Source: an uncultured Granulosicoccaceae bacterium (GTDB taxonomy: Bacteria > Pseudomonadota > Gammaproteobacteria > Granulosicoccales > Granulosicoccaceae). From it: a stretch of DNA of 64,000 nt. Both the position numbers and the translations under genes were made by a program. The stretch's first letter is position 1, and every line of letters begins with the position of its first letter. Shown one piece after another: positions 9,835-19,208 of this stretch. The stretch lies in the NCBI GenBank assembly GCA_938003855.1, contig CALKXD010000213.1, positions 33,722 to 97,721 of the forward strand, read 5' to 3'. The notes under the pieces were generated by a model. That model was not told where the DNA came from. It did not search any database and saw nothing but the letters and a program-made list of their open reading frames with translations.

Positions 9835-11643
9835 ATGAATATGAGATCAATAGGTACGTCCGACCACCCAGATGACGGTACAGACGAAGACGCCCAGTAC
9901 GAATCACTGATATCGTCTGCCACCATCATGCTGGTGGACGACGAGCCTATCAATACCGAGGTGTTGCAGACTTATCTGCAGGGTGAAGGCTACACAAATT
10001 TTATCGCTACCTGCGAGTCTACCAAGGCACTCGACATCATGCGTCAAAAGCGACCGGATGTAGTGTTGCTCGACCTCATGATGCCGGATGTATCCGGGTT
10101 CGACATCCTTACAGCGATGCGCAGGGACAGAAAGCTGCACCCGATTCCGGTGGTGATACTGACATCCTCCGATGATGCTGAAACCAAACTAAAAGCGCTG
10201 CAACTCGGCGCGATGGATTTTCTCGCCAAGCCGGTAGACGCCAGTGAACTGGCCTTGCGTCTGCGCAATACGCTAGCGGCAAAAGCCTACCAGCATCAAC
10301 TGGTCAACTACGATCAGCTGACAGGTCTGCCGAAACTGGACGCATTCCTGGAAGTCGCCGCGTCGACAGCAGCAACACTGAAAGAAAACAACACCAACGG
10401 TGCCGCGCTGCACATCTACGTTGAAAACCTGAAGAACATCAACAAATCGATGGGCCGCGAAATAGGCAACAAGCTACTGCAGGCCTTCTCACGAAAACTG
10501 GAACAGTGCATTCGATCAACAGAAGCTATTCGCTCGGCATTTGTCGCCGACGTTCGCACCAGCATCGCACGTACTGGTGGTGATAAATTTTCGGTATTTC
10601 TCGGTCCCCTGGAGTCTCCTCAGAATGCCGCGGTCCTGGCGCGCCGGATAATCATTGATACCAGTGAACCCTTTTTACTGGATGGTCAGCAGATATTCAC
10701 CAGTGTGAAAATAGGCATTGCTATATTCCCAGACGACGCCGGCAACACGCTTGAACTGATACACAATGCCGAGACTGCAATGGCACACGCACGCGAGCGT
10801 GGCGGCGCTGAAGACTATGCGTTTTACTCCGCCGAGATGAATGCAGAGAGCACCAAAATTCTCGCCATCGAAACCGGCTTGCGCACCGCCATAGAACGCG
10901 AAGAGCTGCGGGTTACTTACCAGCCCAAAGTGGATCTGCGCACTGACAAAATAATCGGCGCCGAAGCACTGATCCGCTGGGTCAGCGGTGAACTCGGTTT
11001 CGTCGGCCCCGACGAATTCGTCACTATCGCAGAGCGTACCGGGCAGATTGTCCCGATCGGTGCATGGATACTGGAGCAGGCTTGCATACAGGCGGCACAA
11101 TGGCGAAGTACTTACGCCTTCGACTTCCGATTGGCCGTCAATGTGTCGATTAAACAGCTGCACGACTCCGACATGGTCAAGACGGTACAAAACGTACTCG
11201 ACACCAGCGGCTTTCCAGCGCATTGCCTGACACTGGAACTCACCGAAGGCATGGTGATGGAAAACGCAGAATCCAATATAGAACTGCTTCATCAGCTGAA
11301 ATCACTCGGGGTTAAATTGTCAATCGATGACTTTGGCACCGGCTATTCGTCACTCAGTTACCTGCAGCGTTTCCCACTCGACGAACTGAAAATTGACCGC
11401 TCTTTTATAGAGGAAGTTAAATCAGAAGCAATACGGACACCGATCGTTAGAGCCATGGTGTCCCTGGCACACGATCTGGGGATGACCGTGGTAGCCGAAG
11501 GTGTCGAGACTGAAATTCAGCTCAACCACATGAAAATGCTTGAGTGTGAGTTGTTCCAGGGCTATCTGTGCAGCAAGCCGGTTATTGCCAAAGCGTTTGA
11601 TGCGCTGCTGGAAAACGACTACCCACGGCAATCAGCAGCCTGA
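9835..11643 (+). CDS. response regulator, REC - degenerate GGDEF - EAL (probable c-di-GMP phosphodiesterase)
   Basis: The REC domain shows MLVDDEP, VLLDLMMPDVSGFD and LAKP. The GGDEF site reads RTGGDKF (nt 10576-10590). The EAL domain blocks are intact: GAEALIRW, NVS, ELTE, DDFGTGYSSLSYL, ELKIDRSF, AEGVET and QGY. Confidence 0.92.
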   Translation: MNMRSIGTSDHPDDGTDEDAQYESLISSATIMLVDDEPINTEVLQTYLQGEGYTNFIATCESTKALDIMRQKRPDVVLLDLMMPDVSGFDILTAMRRDRKLHPIPVVILTSSDDAETKLKALQLGAMDFLAKPVDASELALRLRNTLAAKAYQHQLVNYDQLTGLPKLDAFLEVAASTAATLKENNTNGAALHIYVENLKNINKSMGREIGNKLLQAFSRKLEQCIRSTEAIRSAFVADVRTSIARTGGDKFSVFLGPLESPQNAAVLARRIIIDTSEPFLLDGQQIFTSVKIGIAIFPDDAGNTLELIHNAETAMAHARERGGAEDYAFYSAEMNAESTKILAIETGLRTAIEREELRVTYQPKVDLRTDKIIGAEALIRWVSGELGFVGPDEFVTIAERTGQIVPIGAWILEQACIQAAQWRSTYAFDFRLAVNVSIKQLHDSDMVKTVQNVLDTSGFPAHCLTLELTEGMVMENAESNIELLHQLKSLGVKLSIDDFGTGYSSLSYLQRFPLDELKIDRSFIEEVKSEAIRTPIVRAMVSLAHDLGMTVVAEGVETEIQLNHMKMLECELFQGYLCSKPVIAKAFDALLENDYPRQSAA

Positions 11644-11789
11644 CCCCTGGCCCGCCGGCCGGCAGCCTGTGCAAACCAGACCGGACGACATCGCGGTGAT
11701 GCAATCAGCAAATGCACTCACTGATGATCTACCGTGAATGACCGGCGCTGCTACCGGCGGAGTGTTGAATCCGTCTAAAGCAAGCAGCT

Positions 11790-12389
11790 TTACTCACAAA
11801 AAACGTGCAGCGGCATCTCCAGCGAGGTGATCTGCGCGGGCAGCACGGCTGTGCCACCCCAGAAGCATTTATCGTCTTCCTGTGTCACCCAGCTTTGCAG
11901 GTTCAGCCGATACTCTATGTGTTGCTCCACCGCAAAACTAACAAAACCTTCCTGATCCGTCGTCGCTCTGGCCGCCACCAGGCCTTGACCATTTTGCAAC
12001 ATCTCTGTTATCTCACAGCTGATCATCTGCGGGTATCGTGTGCGCAGACTCGCACAGCTGGCACCGATCACGTAAGTTTCAATACCATCCGTGTTGAGCA
12101 AACCGGTAGCCGCCGTCCGCGTCTGCTGCGCGATCAGTGACACCGTTAATGAACGCCCCTGATACTCGGGAACAAACCCGACACCGGGGTCAGCAGACAA
12201 ATAAACCACCACAGTGCGCAACGCTTGTGCAATGCCGCTATCAGGCTGACTCTCTGGTAACTTCTCACCATGTGCGGATGCCATCGGTGGCTCTGCGGAA
12301 TCAGCTGTCTCGTCGGAACCCGCTGACATACAGCCACCCTGTGCCAGCAACAGCACAGAGATGGCAATCCGTTTTAACCGCGTATTCAT
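11790..12389 (-). CDS. hypothetical lipoprotein
   Basis: The ATG at 12389 gives MNTRLKRIAISVLLLAQGGC, a signal peptide with a lipobox (LAQGGC). I recognise no family. It lies 49 nt downstream of the TSP3-repeat gene on the same strand. Confidence 0.6.
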   Translation of the reverse strand: MNTRLKRIAISVLLLAQGGCMSAGSDETADSAEPPMASAHGEKLPESQPDSGIAQALRTVVVYLSADPGVGFVPEYQGRSLTVSLIAQQTRTAATGLLNTDGIETYVIGASCASLRTRYPQMISCEITEMLQNGQGLVAARATTDQEGFVSFAVEQHIEYRLNLQSWVTQEDDKCFWGGTAVLPAQITSLEMPLHVFCE

Positions 12390-12438
12390 AGATTTTTTAC
12401 AGGCACCTGTATTCGTCGCCACAGTAACGGCCAAGTTT

Positions 12439-14361
12439 TCAAGACTTTAGATTTCTTGCGCCAGCGCACGCTGCTGCAACGGCTAATAACAGCAACAAGA
12501 AAAAATCACCACGCTGCTGAGCCCCCCCCATCACGCATCCAAACCCGCCGTCGACGCCTGTTCGAAGCATTGGATCAACCGCAGGGCCATCGTTAAGGGG
12601 CTCTGTGACCCGTACCGCACGGTCAAGAAAATCGGCATTGCCGTCATTGTCGGTATCAGGCAACACGACCGGCAGGCCAAAGAAGGCATCATTCCAGCCA
12701 TCGGTGTTATCGTCACGCAGGTTATCCACCCGCCCATCGTTATCGCTATCCGGGCGACCGGCCTCGGCCAGGTCACTGAAGCCATCGCCGTCAGAATCGG
12801 TATCTAGAAAATTGGCAATGCCATCATTGTCAAAATCCGGTGCAACTGTCGTCAGTAATTCTGCACTTTGCTGACCGCTGTCAACCCGGCCATTGCCATC
12901 GAGGTCGGTCCCACCTGATTCGATCAGATCAGATATCCCATCATTGTCGCTGTCGAGATCAAACCGGTTTGGCAAGCCGTCATCATCCACGTCATCCATC
13001 CCTTCCAGCTGATCAGCGATACCGTCGCTATCGGCATCACTGAGCTCAACGAGCTGCGCTATCACCGGTTCGCTCGGCTCTGAATGCGCTGGCGGGTCCA
13101 GCGGATCGGTATGGTAGAGCATCACTTCATCTGCATCAGACACACCGTCGGCATCGCTATCCGGGTTGTTGATGTCAGTACCAAGAGAAAGCTCGTGGAG
13201 GTCGTTCAAGCCATCCTGATCAGTGTCTCCGGTCAGTTCACCGAAACGGTCCGGGCTGGCATCGTAGGGATCAATAATGCCGTCACCGTCTTCATCAATG
13301 ACGGAAGCCGGCCGTATTGATTCATCCGTTTCGCCGCCGATACTCAGCCCGCCAAGCGCTGACGATGGAACACCTTCGTGATTAACCGCGCCGTCAGCCA
13401 TAGCGTCAAAATCGGCATCGACCCCACCGGCTTCAATGACATCATTTATACCATCGTTGTCACTATCAAGATCGCGGTGATCGGCTAACCCGTCGTTATC
13501 ACTGTCGCGCATTACGGCCAAACCATCACCGGCGACAGGCGATTGTGTCTGCAGGCTGTGTCGATACCCCGCAGCATCATTACTGATGCCAGTCACCCCA
13601 CCTTCATCCGGATCATTTTCATAATCTATAACCAGGCGCTCTATACCACGAAGGTGCAGCGTTACCGCACGATGCTCTGCCCTGGGTGCGGCTTGAAGTG
13701 CCGTAAAACGCAACAGACCGTTGTCGTCTTCAACCGACAGCGCTGTCGCCTCTGCTAATGAGTAGCTATCTATAGCCGCACGCGCCACCACAATACTTTC
13801 GAAGCGCTCGGCATCAAGGTCACTGATGGTAAGGTCAGCGGTCAACGCAACCGGTGTGTGATCCAGTGGATTCTCAAAGCGCCATTCAATACGGGTGGAG
13901 CCGGCACTTTGATTACGCAGCTTGACTAGATTATCGTGAAAACTCCAATCGACCAGCGCATTAGTCGACTGGATGGTGCCAATCATATCAACGCTATATC
14001 GGTCATCATCGTCAATCAACCGGTAGGTGTACTCAGAGCCCGTGGACTGATCAGTCAATGGCTCAGCCAGTGCCACCAGATAGCCGGGGATATCGACAAA
14101 GGCCTGCCCACCGGGCTGGTAGCCTTCCATCGAATTGAGCACTCCGTCATTGTCCTGATCAAGATCAACAGAATCAATGACACCGTCACCATCCAGATCT
14201 GCGCTATCAGCGATTGTCGGCAGAGGTACGGTACAAAGCAGCAGCACCAGCCACACAATCAGGCCCACTAAGACGCCGCCTGATTCAATCCCACCACAGC
14301 AGCCCGGGATGGACAAAGCAGTGCGACAGGCTGATGCTCTGGTGGTAATCCCTGTTGTCAT
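12439..14361 (-). CDS. thrombospondin type-3-like (DxDxDGxxDxxD) calcium-binding repeat protein with a C-terminal hydrophobic/basic tail
   Basis: More than 15 acidic loops are present, for example DLDGDGVIDSVD, DSDNDGLADHRD, DLDSDNDGINDV, DTDQDGLNDLHE, DSDADGVSDADE, DLDSDNDGISDL, DTDSDGDGFSDL and DTDNDGNADFLD. An N-terminal hydrophobic helix is present (GVLVGLIVWLVLLLCTV). The track ORF extends to 14583, but the ATG at 14361 (MTTGITTRAS...) is the most plausible start. Confidence 0.75.
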   Translation of the reverse strand: MTTGITTRASACRTALSIPGCCGGIESGGVLVGLIVWLVLLLCTVPLPTIADSADLDGDGVIDSVDLDQDNDGVLNSMEGYQPGGQAFVDIPGYLVALAEPLTDQSTGSEYTYRLIDDDDRYSVDMIGTIQSTNALVDWSFHDNLVKLRNQSAGSTRIEWRFENPLDHTPVALTADLTISDLDAERFESIVVARAAIDSYSLAEATALSVEDDNGLLRFTALQAAPRAEHRAVTLHLRGIERLVIDYENDPDEGGVTGISNDAAGYRHSLQTQSPVAGDGLAVMRDSDNDGLADHRDLDSDNDGINDVIEAGGVDADFDAMADGAVNHEGVPSSALGGLSIGGETDESIRPASVIDEDGDGIIDPYDASPDRFGELTGDTDQDGLNDLHELSLGTDINNPDSDADGVSDADEVMLYHTDPLDPPAHSEPSEPVIAQLVELSDADSDGIADQLEGMDDVDDDGLPNRFDLDSDNDGISDLIESGGTDLDGNGRVDSGQQSAELLTTVAPDFDNDGIANFLDTDSDGDGFSDLAEAGRPDSDNDGRVDNLRDDNTDGWNDAFFGLPVVLPDTDNDGNADFLDRAVRVTEPLNDGPAVDPMLRTGVDGGFGCVMGGAQQRGDFFLLLLLAVAAACAGARNLKS

Positions 14362-14666
14362 TGCCGAGCTCCAATAAAAAACCATGAGCGCAACACGCCG
14401 CTGAGGTCGTCGCGTACTGCAGAATCTGAGGCAGAGCCCATCGGGTAATCGATGAAGGTGCAACCCCTCCCTGATGTTGCAGCGCAAGCCGGGTGCCAAT
14501 TCGGTAAAACCGGTTATCAAATAACGTCTGACTGCAGGCCCGGCAGTCAACGTGTTGTCGGTCATGTTGTTTCTCTGACGCACCTTGCAGCACAGCCATA
14601 AGACACTTCCATCAGCGTTGGGTTGTCAGGTAAGCTTCTCGCGGGTTGCCCAGGGGAATAATCTGT

Positions 14667-14945
14667 ATGATCAAACTAATTGCAGTAATTCCGTTCATTG
14701 CGATAGGCGTGCTGGTCGGCTGGCTGATCGCACGGTTGGCAGGTACCCGGCGAACCACCCGGCTGCGCTGCATTATGACCGGAGTTAGCGGGTCATTCGG
14801 CGGTTTGCTGCTATCAGATATTGCAGGCCTTCGCCTGTATGGCAACGTGACCGATGCACTGCTGTTTTCCAGCCTCGGCGCACTGGTGCTGGCGCTGCTG
14901 GCACTGCTGCTGCTGCCGGCACCGCATCCCCCCAGTGATATATAG
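14667..14945 (+). CDS. GlsB/YeaQ/YmgE family (transglycosylase-associated) small membrane protein
   Basis: The ATG at 14667 gives MIKLIAVIPFIAIGVLVGWLIARLAG... The product has three predicted TM helices and Gly-rich GSFGG and SSLGA segments typical of this family. Confidence 0.75.
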   Translation: MIKLIAVIPFIAIGVLVGWLIARLAGTRRTTRLRCIMTGVSGSFGGLLLSDIAGLRLYGNVTDALLFSSLGALVLALLALLLLPAPHPPSDI

Positions 14946-14967
14946 GCAGTTGCAGTCCCAACTAATC

Positions 14968-15828
14968 ATGACCCGACAATCAATAAACCTCAATGTCAAT
15001 GGCCTCACTGTGCAAGCCCTGCAACACGGCGCTGGCAAACCAGTGAAAATTCTATGTGTACACGGCTGGCTCGATAACGCCCACAGTTTTCTGCCACTAT
15101 GGCCACATCTACCCGATGCGGATATCGTCGCTATCGACCTGCCCGGGCACGGACAATCGGCTCACCTTGGCGACTCAGCGCTGTATTCATTTACCACGCA
15201 GGCACACAGCATTCTGGCAGTTGCTACCGAGCTCGGCTGGAACAGTTTTCATTTGATCGGTCACTCACTAGGCGGTTGCCTGGCACCATTCTGCGCGGTT
15301 GCGGCACCGGGTTCTATAAACAGTATTACGCTGATCGATGCGGCCGGTCCGCAAACCGAAACAGCAGAAGAACTGCCAGAAAGACTGAGGCGTTCAGCCC
15401 GCGAGTATGCAACGCTCGAGCGTGTTAACTCGAAATACTACACCACCATTGAAGACGCTATCGCGGCGCGATTGCGGGCCAACAAAATGAACCCGCAGTC
15501 AGCACGGCTTATTATTGAACGGCAGCTTAGCACCACAGACCAGGGCTATCGATGGAGTTTTGATCGCAAGCTAAGAGTGGCCTCAGCGCGCTACTTCACT
15601 GAACCGCAACTGCACGCGGTGCTGCGCGCTGTCGAGTGCCCGGCGCTGTGTATTCTCGCTGAGCAAGGCTTTATTATTGATCATCCGAAGACCCGCGCCC
15701 GGCTTGACTGTCTGCAGCACCTTTCTCTGCAAACCCTGCCAGGCAATCACCATATGCATATGGATAGCCCGGCCCCCGTTGGCGCCGCGATAAAATGTTT
15801 TCTAGGCTCTCTACCTGCACTGCAATAG
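14968..15828 (+). CDS. alpha/beta hydrolase fold protein
   Basis: It has HGWLDN (oxyanion region), the nucleophile elbow GHSLGG and a C-terminal His block (PGNHHMHMD). The start is set at ATG 14968; the upstream Cys/Trp-rich extension of the track ORF overlaps the preceding gene out of frame. Confidence 0.85.
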   Translation: MTRQSINLNVNGLTVQALQHGAGKPVKILCVHGWLDNAHSFLPLWPHLPDADIVAIDLPGHGQSAHLGDSALYSFTTQAHSILAVATELGWNSFHLIGHSLGGCLAPFCAVAAPGSINSITLIDAAGPQTETAEELPERLRRSAREYATLERVNSKYYTTIEDAIAARLRANKMNPQSARLIIERQLSTTDQGYRWSFDRKLRVASARYFTEPQLHAVLRAVECPALCILAEQGFIIDHPKTRARLDCLQHLSLQTLPGNHHMHMDSPAPVGAAIKCFLGSLPALQ

Positions 15829-15883
15829 CACACTAAATAAACTGCTGTGTCGCACAGCTTGTCAGCCACCGGACTACCGGGGG

Positions 15884-16717
15884 TTAGTCGACAAACTTAT
15901 CGGCAATTGCCGAGGTAGCCAATGCCAGGCGCTGGTGCATAGAATCGCCTCCCTCCAGGGCGACTCCCACGGCCAATATATCCAGCACCATCATTTGCGC
16001 CAGCCGTGATTTAAGCGGTGAAAAGACATCGCTGTCTTCGGCGACATCAACGTTGAGATTTACATCGGCCATGCTCTCTAGCGGCGACCCGGACTGCGTC
16101 ACCGAAATAACCGGGGCACCGGTAAGCTTGGCAAGCTCCATCGCTTCGATCACGTCTTTATTTCTGCCGGTGTAGGAAATCACAATCGCCAGTGCCTTTT
16201 CATCCAGCAGCGAGGCTGCGGCTTTTTGAATATGCGGATCAACATACGCTATGGCCGGCTTACCAAGCCGGAAAAATTTCAACTGCGCATCTTCAGCTAC
16301 CAGCCCTGATCCTCCAGAGCCGTAAAACTCGACACGCTGCGATGCGCAATACAGCGAAATGGCCCGCTCTATGGCATCATGATTCAGTTGATTACGCAGG
16401 TGCTGCATCGATGCGATGGCCGAATCAATCAGCTTTGACGAGAGCTCCCGGCTGGAGTCTTTGGCGGAGACATCGCGGAAAAAAAATTTGTCCTGACTGG
16501 CAATTGATCGCGCCAGGCGCAATTTAAAGTCGTGGTAGCCGTCGCAGCCGATCGCACGGCAAAATCGCACCACAGTAGGCTCACTGACTCCAGACAGTTT
16601 TGCCAGTTGCTGTATCGACGCTTCAACGCTTGACTCAGGATTCTGCAGTACCTGCGCTGCTACTTTTTGCTCAGCGCGACTCAGCCTGCCATTAGCAGAG
16701 GTAATCTTACCAAGCAT
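15884..16717 (-). CDS. hexR: MurR/RpiR family transcriptional regulator, HexR-like
   Basis: An RpiR-type HTH is present (LAKLSGVSEPTVVRFCRAIGCDGYHDFK) with a C-terminal SIS domain (VEFYGSGGSG). The gene sits next to zwf-pgl and edd-eda. The start is either ATG 16717 or TTG 16741. Confidence 0.85.
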   Translation of the reverse strand: MLGKITSANGRLSRAEQKVAAQVLQNPESSVEASIQQLAKLSGVSEPTVVRFCRAIGCDGYHDFKLRLARSIASQDKFFFRDVSAKDSSRELSSKLIDSAIASMQHLRNQLNHDAIERAISLYCASQRVEFYGSGGSGLVAEDAQLKFFRLGKPAIAYVDPHIQKAAASLLDEKALAIVISYTGRNKDVIEAMELAKLTGAPVISVTQSGSPLESMADVNLNVDVAEDSDVFSPLKSRLAQMMVLDILAVGVALEGGDSMHQRLALATSAIADKFVD

Positions 16718-16950
16718 CACGGCGGGATTTTCCAACCACAATAAACAGGATTTTTAAACTGCGTACAGCGCCATTTACCAAGGCCATAAACCAGATTCTT
16801 TACCAGTAAGATCACACCATATTTCCTGCGTGTGCAATAGGCAAGGCAATCGTGATGAAAAGGCGACACTTTGTTCTACCTTGCTGCCAACCGGGGCACC
16901 TGTCGACCGTATCAGGCAGACACCCGGTTAGTCAGCAACGCTGAGTGACG

Positions 16951-17676
16951 TCAGGGAGCCCAGTAGACCTGCAGGTTGCTGCGGCTTTTAATCACCGCCG
17001 CAATCGGATAGACCGCAGGCTCGGACGTTAAGGCGCTTTCATACACCGCTTTCTTTTGAGCACCGGTTATGTGCAATATTAACTTGTCACTCGCGAGCAA
17101 TGCGTCAAGCGTCAATGACATGCGCGGCTGTGGCGGTGCCGGGTCCGCCGGTCCGACGGGCCAGGTTAATTTCCCGCAACCCGGTGCAATGGCGGCAGCC
17201 AGTTCTTCAGCGGCAGGAAACAATGATGCCGTGTGGCCGTCTCCCCCCATACCCAGAATGACCACATCAAACGGTTTGGCTATGGTCTCTATTGCCGCTT
17301 CGCATTGCTCCCAGCCAAGCTCTGCAGTGGCAGCCGGGTTTTTCATTGAAACGAACTTCGCGGCAGCAGCCGGCCCCTGCAACAAATGCGTATGCACAAA
17401 CAAGTCGTTGCTGTCGGGATGATCCGCATCGACCCAGCGTTCATCAGCGAGTGTTACGGTTACACTCTGCCACGGCAACTCAATACCAGACAGCTCCTGC
17501 ATAAACGCCAATGGCGTTGAACCACCGGATACCACCAACGAAGCACTGCCTCTGCGGTCTATGGCGCTTTTTAATAGAGCCGACACATCAAGCGCTAACT
17601 GTGCCGCCAGCGCATCGGCACTACCAGCAATGACATCACCGGCCTTAAACGGTTCTGTTACCGTGCTTGTACTCAC
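16951..17676 (-). CDS. pgl: 6-phosphogluconolactonase
   Basis: The SGGSTP and GMGGDGHTASLFP motifs are present. The GTG start overlaps the zwf stop (GTGA, 17673-17676). Confidence 0.92.
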   Translation of the reverse strand: MSTSTVTEPFKAGDVIAGSADALAAQLALDVSALLKSAIDRRGSASLVVSGGSTPLAFMQELSGIELPWQSVTVTLADERWVDADHPDSNDLFVHTHLLQGPAAAAKFVSMKNPAATAELGWEQCEAAIETIAKPFDVVILGMGGDGHTASLFPAAEELAAAIAPGCGKLTWPVGPADPAPPQPRMSLTLDALLASDKLILHITGAQKKAVYESALTSEPAVYPIAAVIKSRSNLQVYWAP

Positions 17677-19145
17677 GAAAACTCCTCAATCCAGCCACAT
17701 CCGTCTTTGGCAATCAGTGCATTTGATGCCGCCGGTCCCCAGGTACCCGCCGAATAAAGGCGTGGTTCAACATTAAGCTCTTCCCAGGTGTTGATGATCG
17801 GATCGATCCAGGCCCAGGCGGCAGCGACTTCATCTCTATGATTAAACAATGTCTGGTTACCCCGAATCATATCGAGCAGCAAACGTTCATAAGCAATCAT
17901 CTGACGCTTTTCAAACGCTTCGTTGAAGTCAAGGTCAAGGTCAACCGGCTGTAACTTCATTTCGTCACCACGGCCTTTGGCAAAGATCTGCAGTTTGATT
18001 ATCTCTTCCGGCTGCAGGCGAATGATCAATCGGTTCGGTGCCATCGGCATATCGAATATAGAATGTGGCACGGAGCGAAAGTTAATCACGATCTCGGTGC
18101 GCTTCTCTGGCATGCTCTTGCCTGTCCGCAGAAAGAACGGCACACCTTGCCAGCGCCACGATTCTATCTCGGCTTTTATAGCGACATAGGTTTCGGTATT
18201 GCTGCGCGGGTCAACGCCGTCGGCCTCGCGGTAGGCAAGGACCGATTCACCGGTGACCACACCCGCCTTGTATTGGCCGCGCACAATGTTGCTTAGCACG
18301 TCTTTGCCCACGATCGGCTTCAGCGACCGCAGCACTTTGATTTTTTCATCTCGGACGGCATCGGGGTGAATACTGACCGGAGGCTCCATGGCAAGTATCA
18401 CCAGCAGCTGCAAAAGATGATTCTGTACCATGTCGCGCAGGGCACCGGTATGGTCATAGTAACCCGCACGCCCCTCCACACCGAGCTGCTCGGCGATCGT
18501 TATCTGCACATCACTGATGTGCTCGCGCCGCCACAGCGGTTCGAACAACGAATTGCCGAAGCGCAACGCCATCAGGTTCTGAACGGTTTCCTTACCCAGG
18601 TAATGATCAATTCGATAAATTTGTCGCTCATCAAATGCACCGGCCAGTTGATCGTTGATCTGCAACGCACTCTCGAGATCGCGTCCCAGTGGCTTTTCCA
18701 GTGCGACACGACTCTCATGGGTCACCAGTCCGGCATCGGACACGCCCTGACATATTCGCGCAAACAGCCCCGGTGCCGTAGACAGGTAAAATACCCGCAC
18801 GCGTTCCGGATACGGTTCCAGCAGCGTGGCAAGCTTGTCGTAGTGAGATTGATCGGTGATATCAACCTGTGCGTAGACGATACGCTCGCAGTAGGTCCGC
18901 CAGGTTTCTTCGTGGAACTCTTCCGGCTTGATATAGCGTCTTGCTGCCTCCTCCATCTGCGCCACAAACTGCTCGGTGGTCAGATCACTTCGGGCGATAC
19001 AAATGATTCGGCCTTCATCCGGCAGCTGCGCCTCGTGGTGGCGAAAGTACATGGCCGGCAACAACTTGCGCATCGCGAGGTCGCCAGTGCCACCAAACAG
19101 CACTAAATCGAACGGCGCAAGCGAGAAGCTAGCAGAATTAGACAT
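17673..19145 (-). CDS. zwf: glucose-6-phosphate 1-dehydrogenase
   Basis: It has LFGGTGDLAMRKLLPA (the NADP site), the signature RIDHYLGKE, and the EKPLG and RWQGVPFFLRTGK blocks. The start is ATG 19145 (MSNSASF); the track ORF begins at an upstream TTG (19166). Confidence 0.95.
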   Translation of the reverse strand: MSNSASFSLAPFDLVLFGGTGDLAMRKLLPAMYFRHHEAQLPDEGRIICIARSDLTTEQFVAQMEEAARRYIKPEEFHEETWRTYCERIVYAQVDITDQSHYDKLATLLEPYPERVRVFYLSTAPGLFARICQGVSDAGLVTHESRVALEKPLGRDLESALQINDQLAGAFDERQIYRIDHYLGKETVQNLMALRFGNSLFEPLWRREHISDVQITIAEQLGVEGRAGYYDHTGALRDMVQNHLLQLLVILAMEPPVSIHPDAVRDEKIKVLRSLKPIVGKDVLSNIVRGQYKAGVVTGESVLAYREADGVDPRSNTETYVAIKAEIESWRWQGVPFFLRTGKSMPEKRTEIVINFRSVPHSIFDMPMAPNRLIIRLQPEEIIKLQIFAKGRGDEMKLQPVDLDLDFNEAFEKRQMIAYERLLLDMIRGNQTLFNHRDEVAAAWAWIDPIINTWEELNVEPRLYSAGTWGPAASNALIAKDGCGWIEEFS

Positions 19146-19208
19146 TAAAAAACTCCATGTGCACAAACATCCATTGTGAAATCATGAGGCGAAAAAAGCC
19201 AGAATTCG

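Noticed and set aside
14362-14583. A 74-codon upstream extension sits on the TSP3-repeat ORF (MRQRNNMTDNTLTAGPAVRRYLITG...), and a similar 5' extension sits on the DUF924 ORF (24..122).
   Set aside because: The extensions are Arg/Cys-rich and lie upstream of plausible signal-anchor or conserved N-termini. For DUF924 the extension overlaps the preceding gene's 3' end. The internal ATG starts fit the family N-termini better.
14854-14967. A striking Cys/Trp/His-rich N-terminal extension (MHCCFPASAHWCWRCWHCCCCRH...) sits on the alpha/beta-hydrolase ORF. It could be taken for a metal-binding or RiPP-like leader.
   Set aside because: This stretch overlaps the 3' end of the GlsB/YeaQ-type gene (14667..14945) in another frame. 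The hydrolase fold begins right after the ATG at 14968, so this is most likely an ORF-caller artefact.
18366-19106. A long 246-aa ORF lies antisense to zwf. Similar long shadow ORFs occur elsewhere: 20002..20541 in edd, 7511..8155 and 7911..8612 in the kinase, 10675..11292 in the GGDEF-EAL gene, 52398..53042 in the SLC13 gene, 59270..59941 in glyS, 61341..61940 in glnA and 4702..5235 in thrC.
   Set aside because: Each lies entirely inside a gene whose product shows strong, ordered family motifs on the opposite strand. Their own translations are low-complexity, Arg/Cys/His-rich, and have no recognisable features. These are typical antisense open frames in moderately GC-rich DNA.
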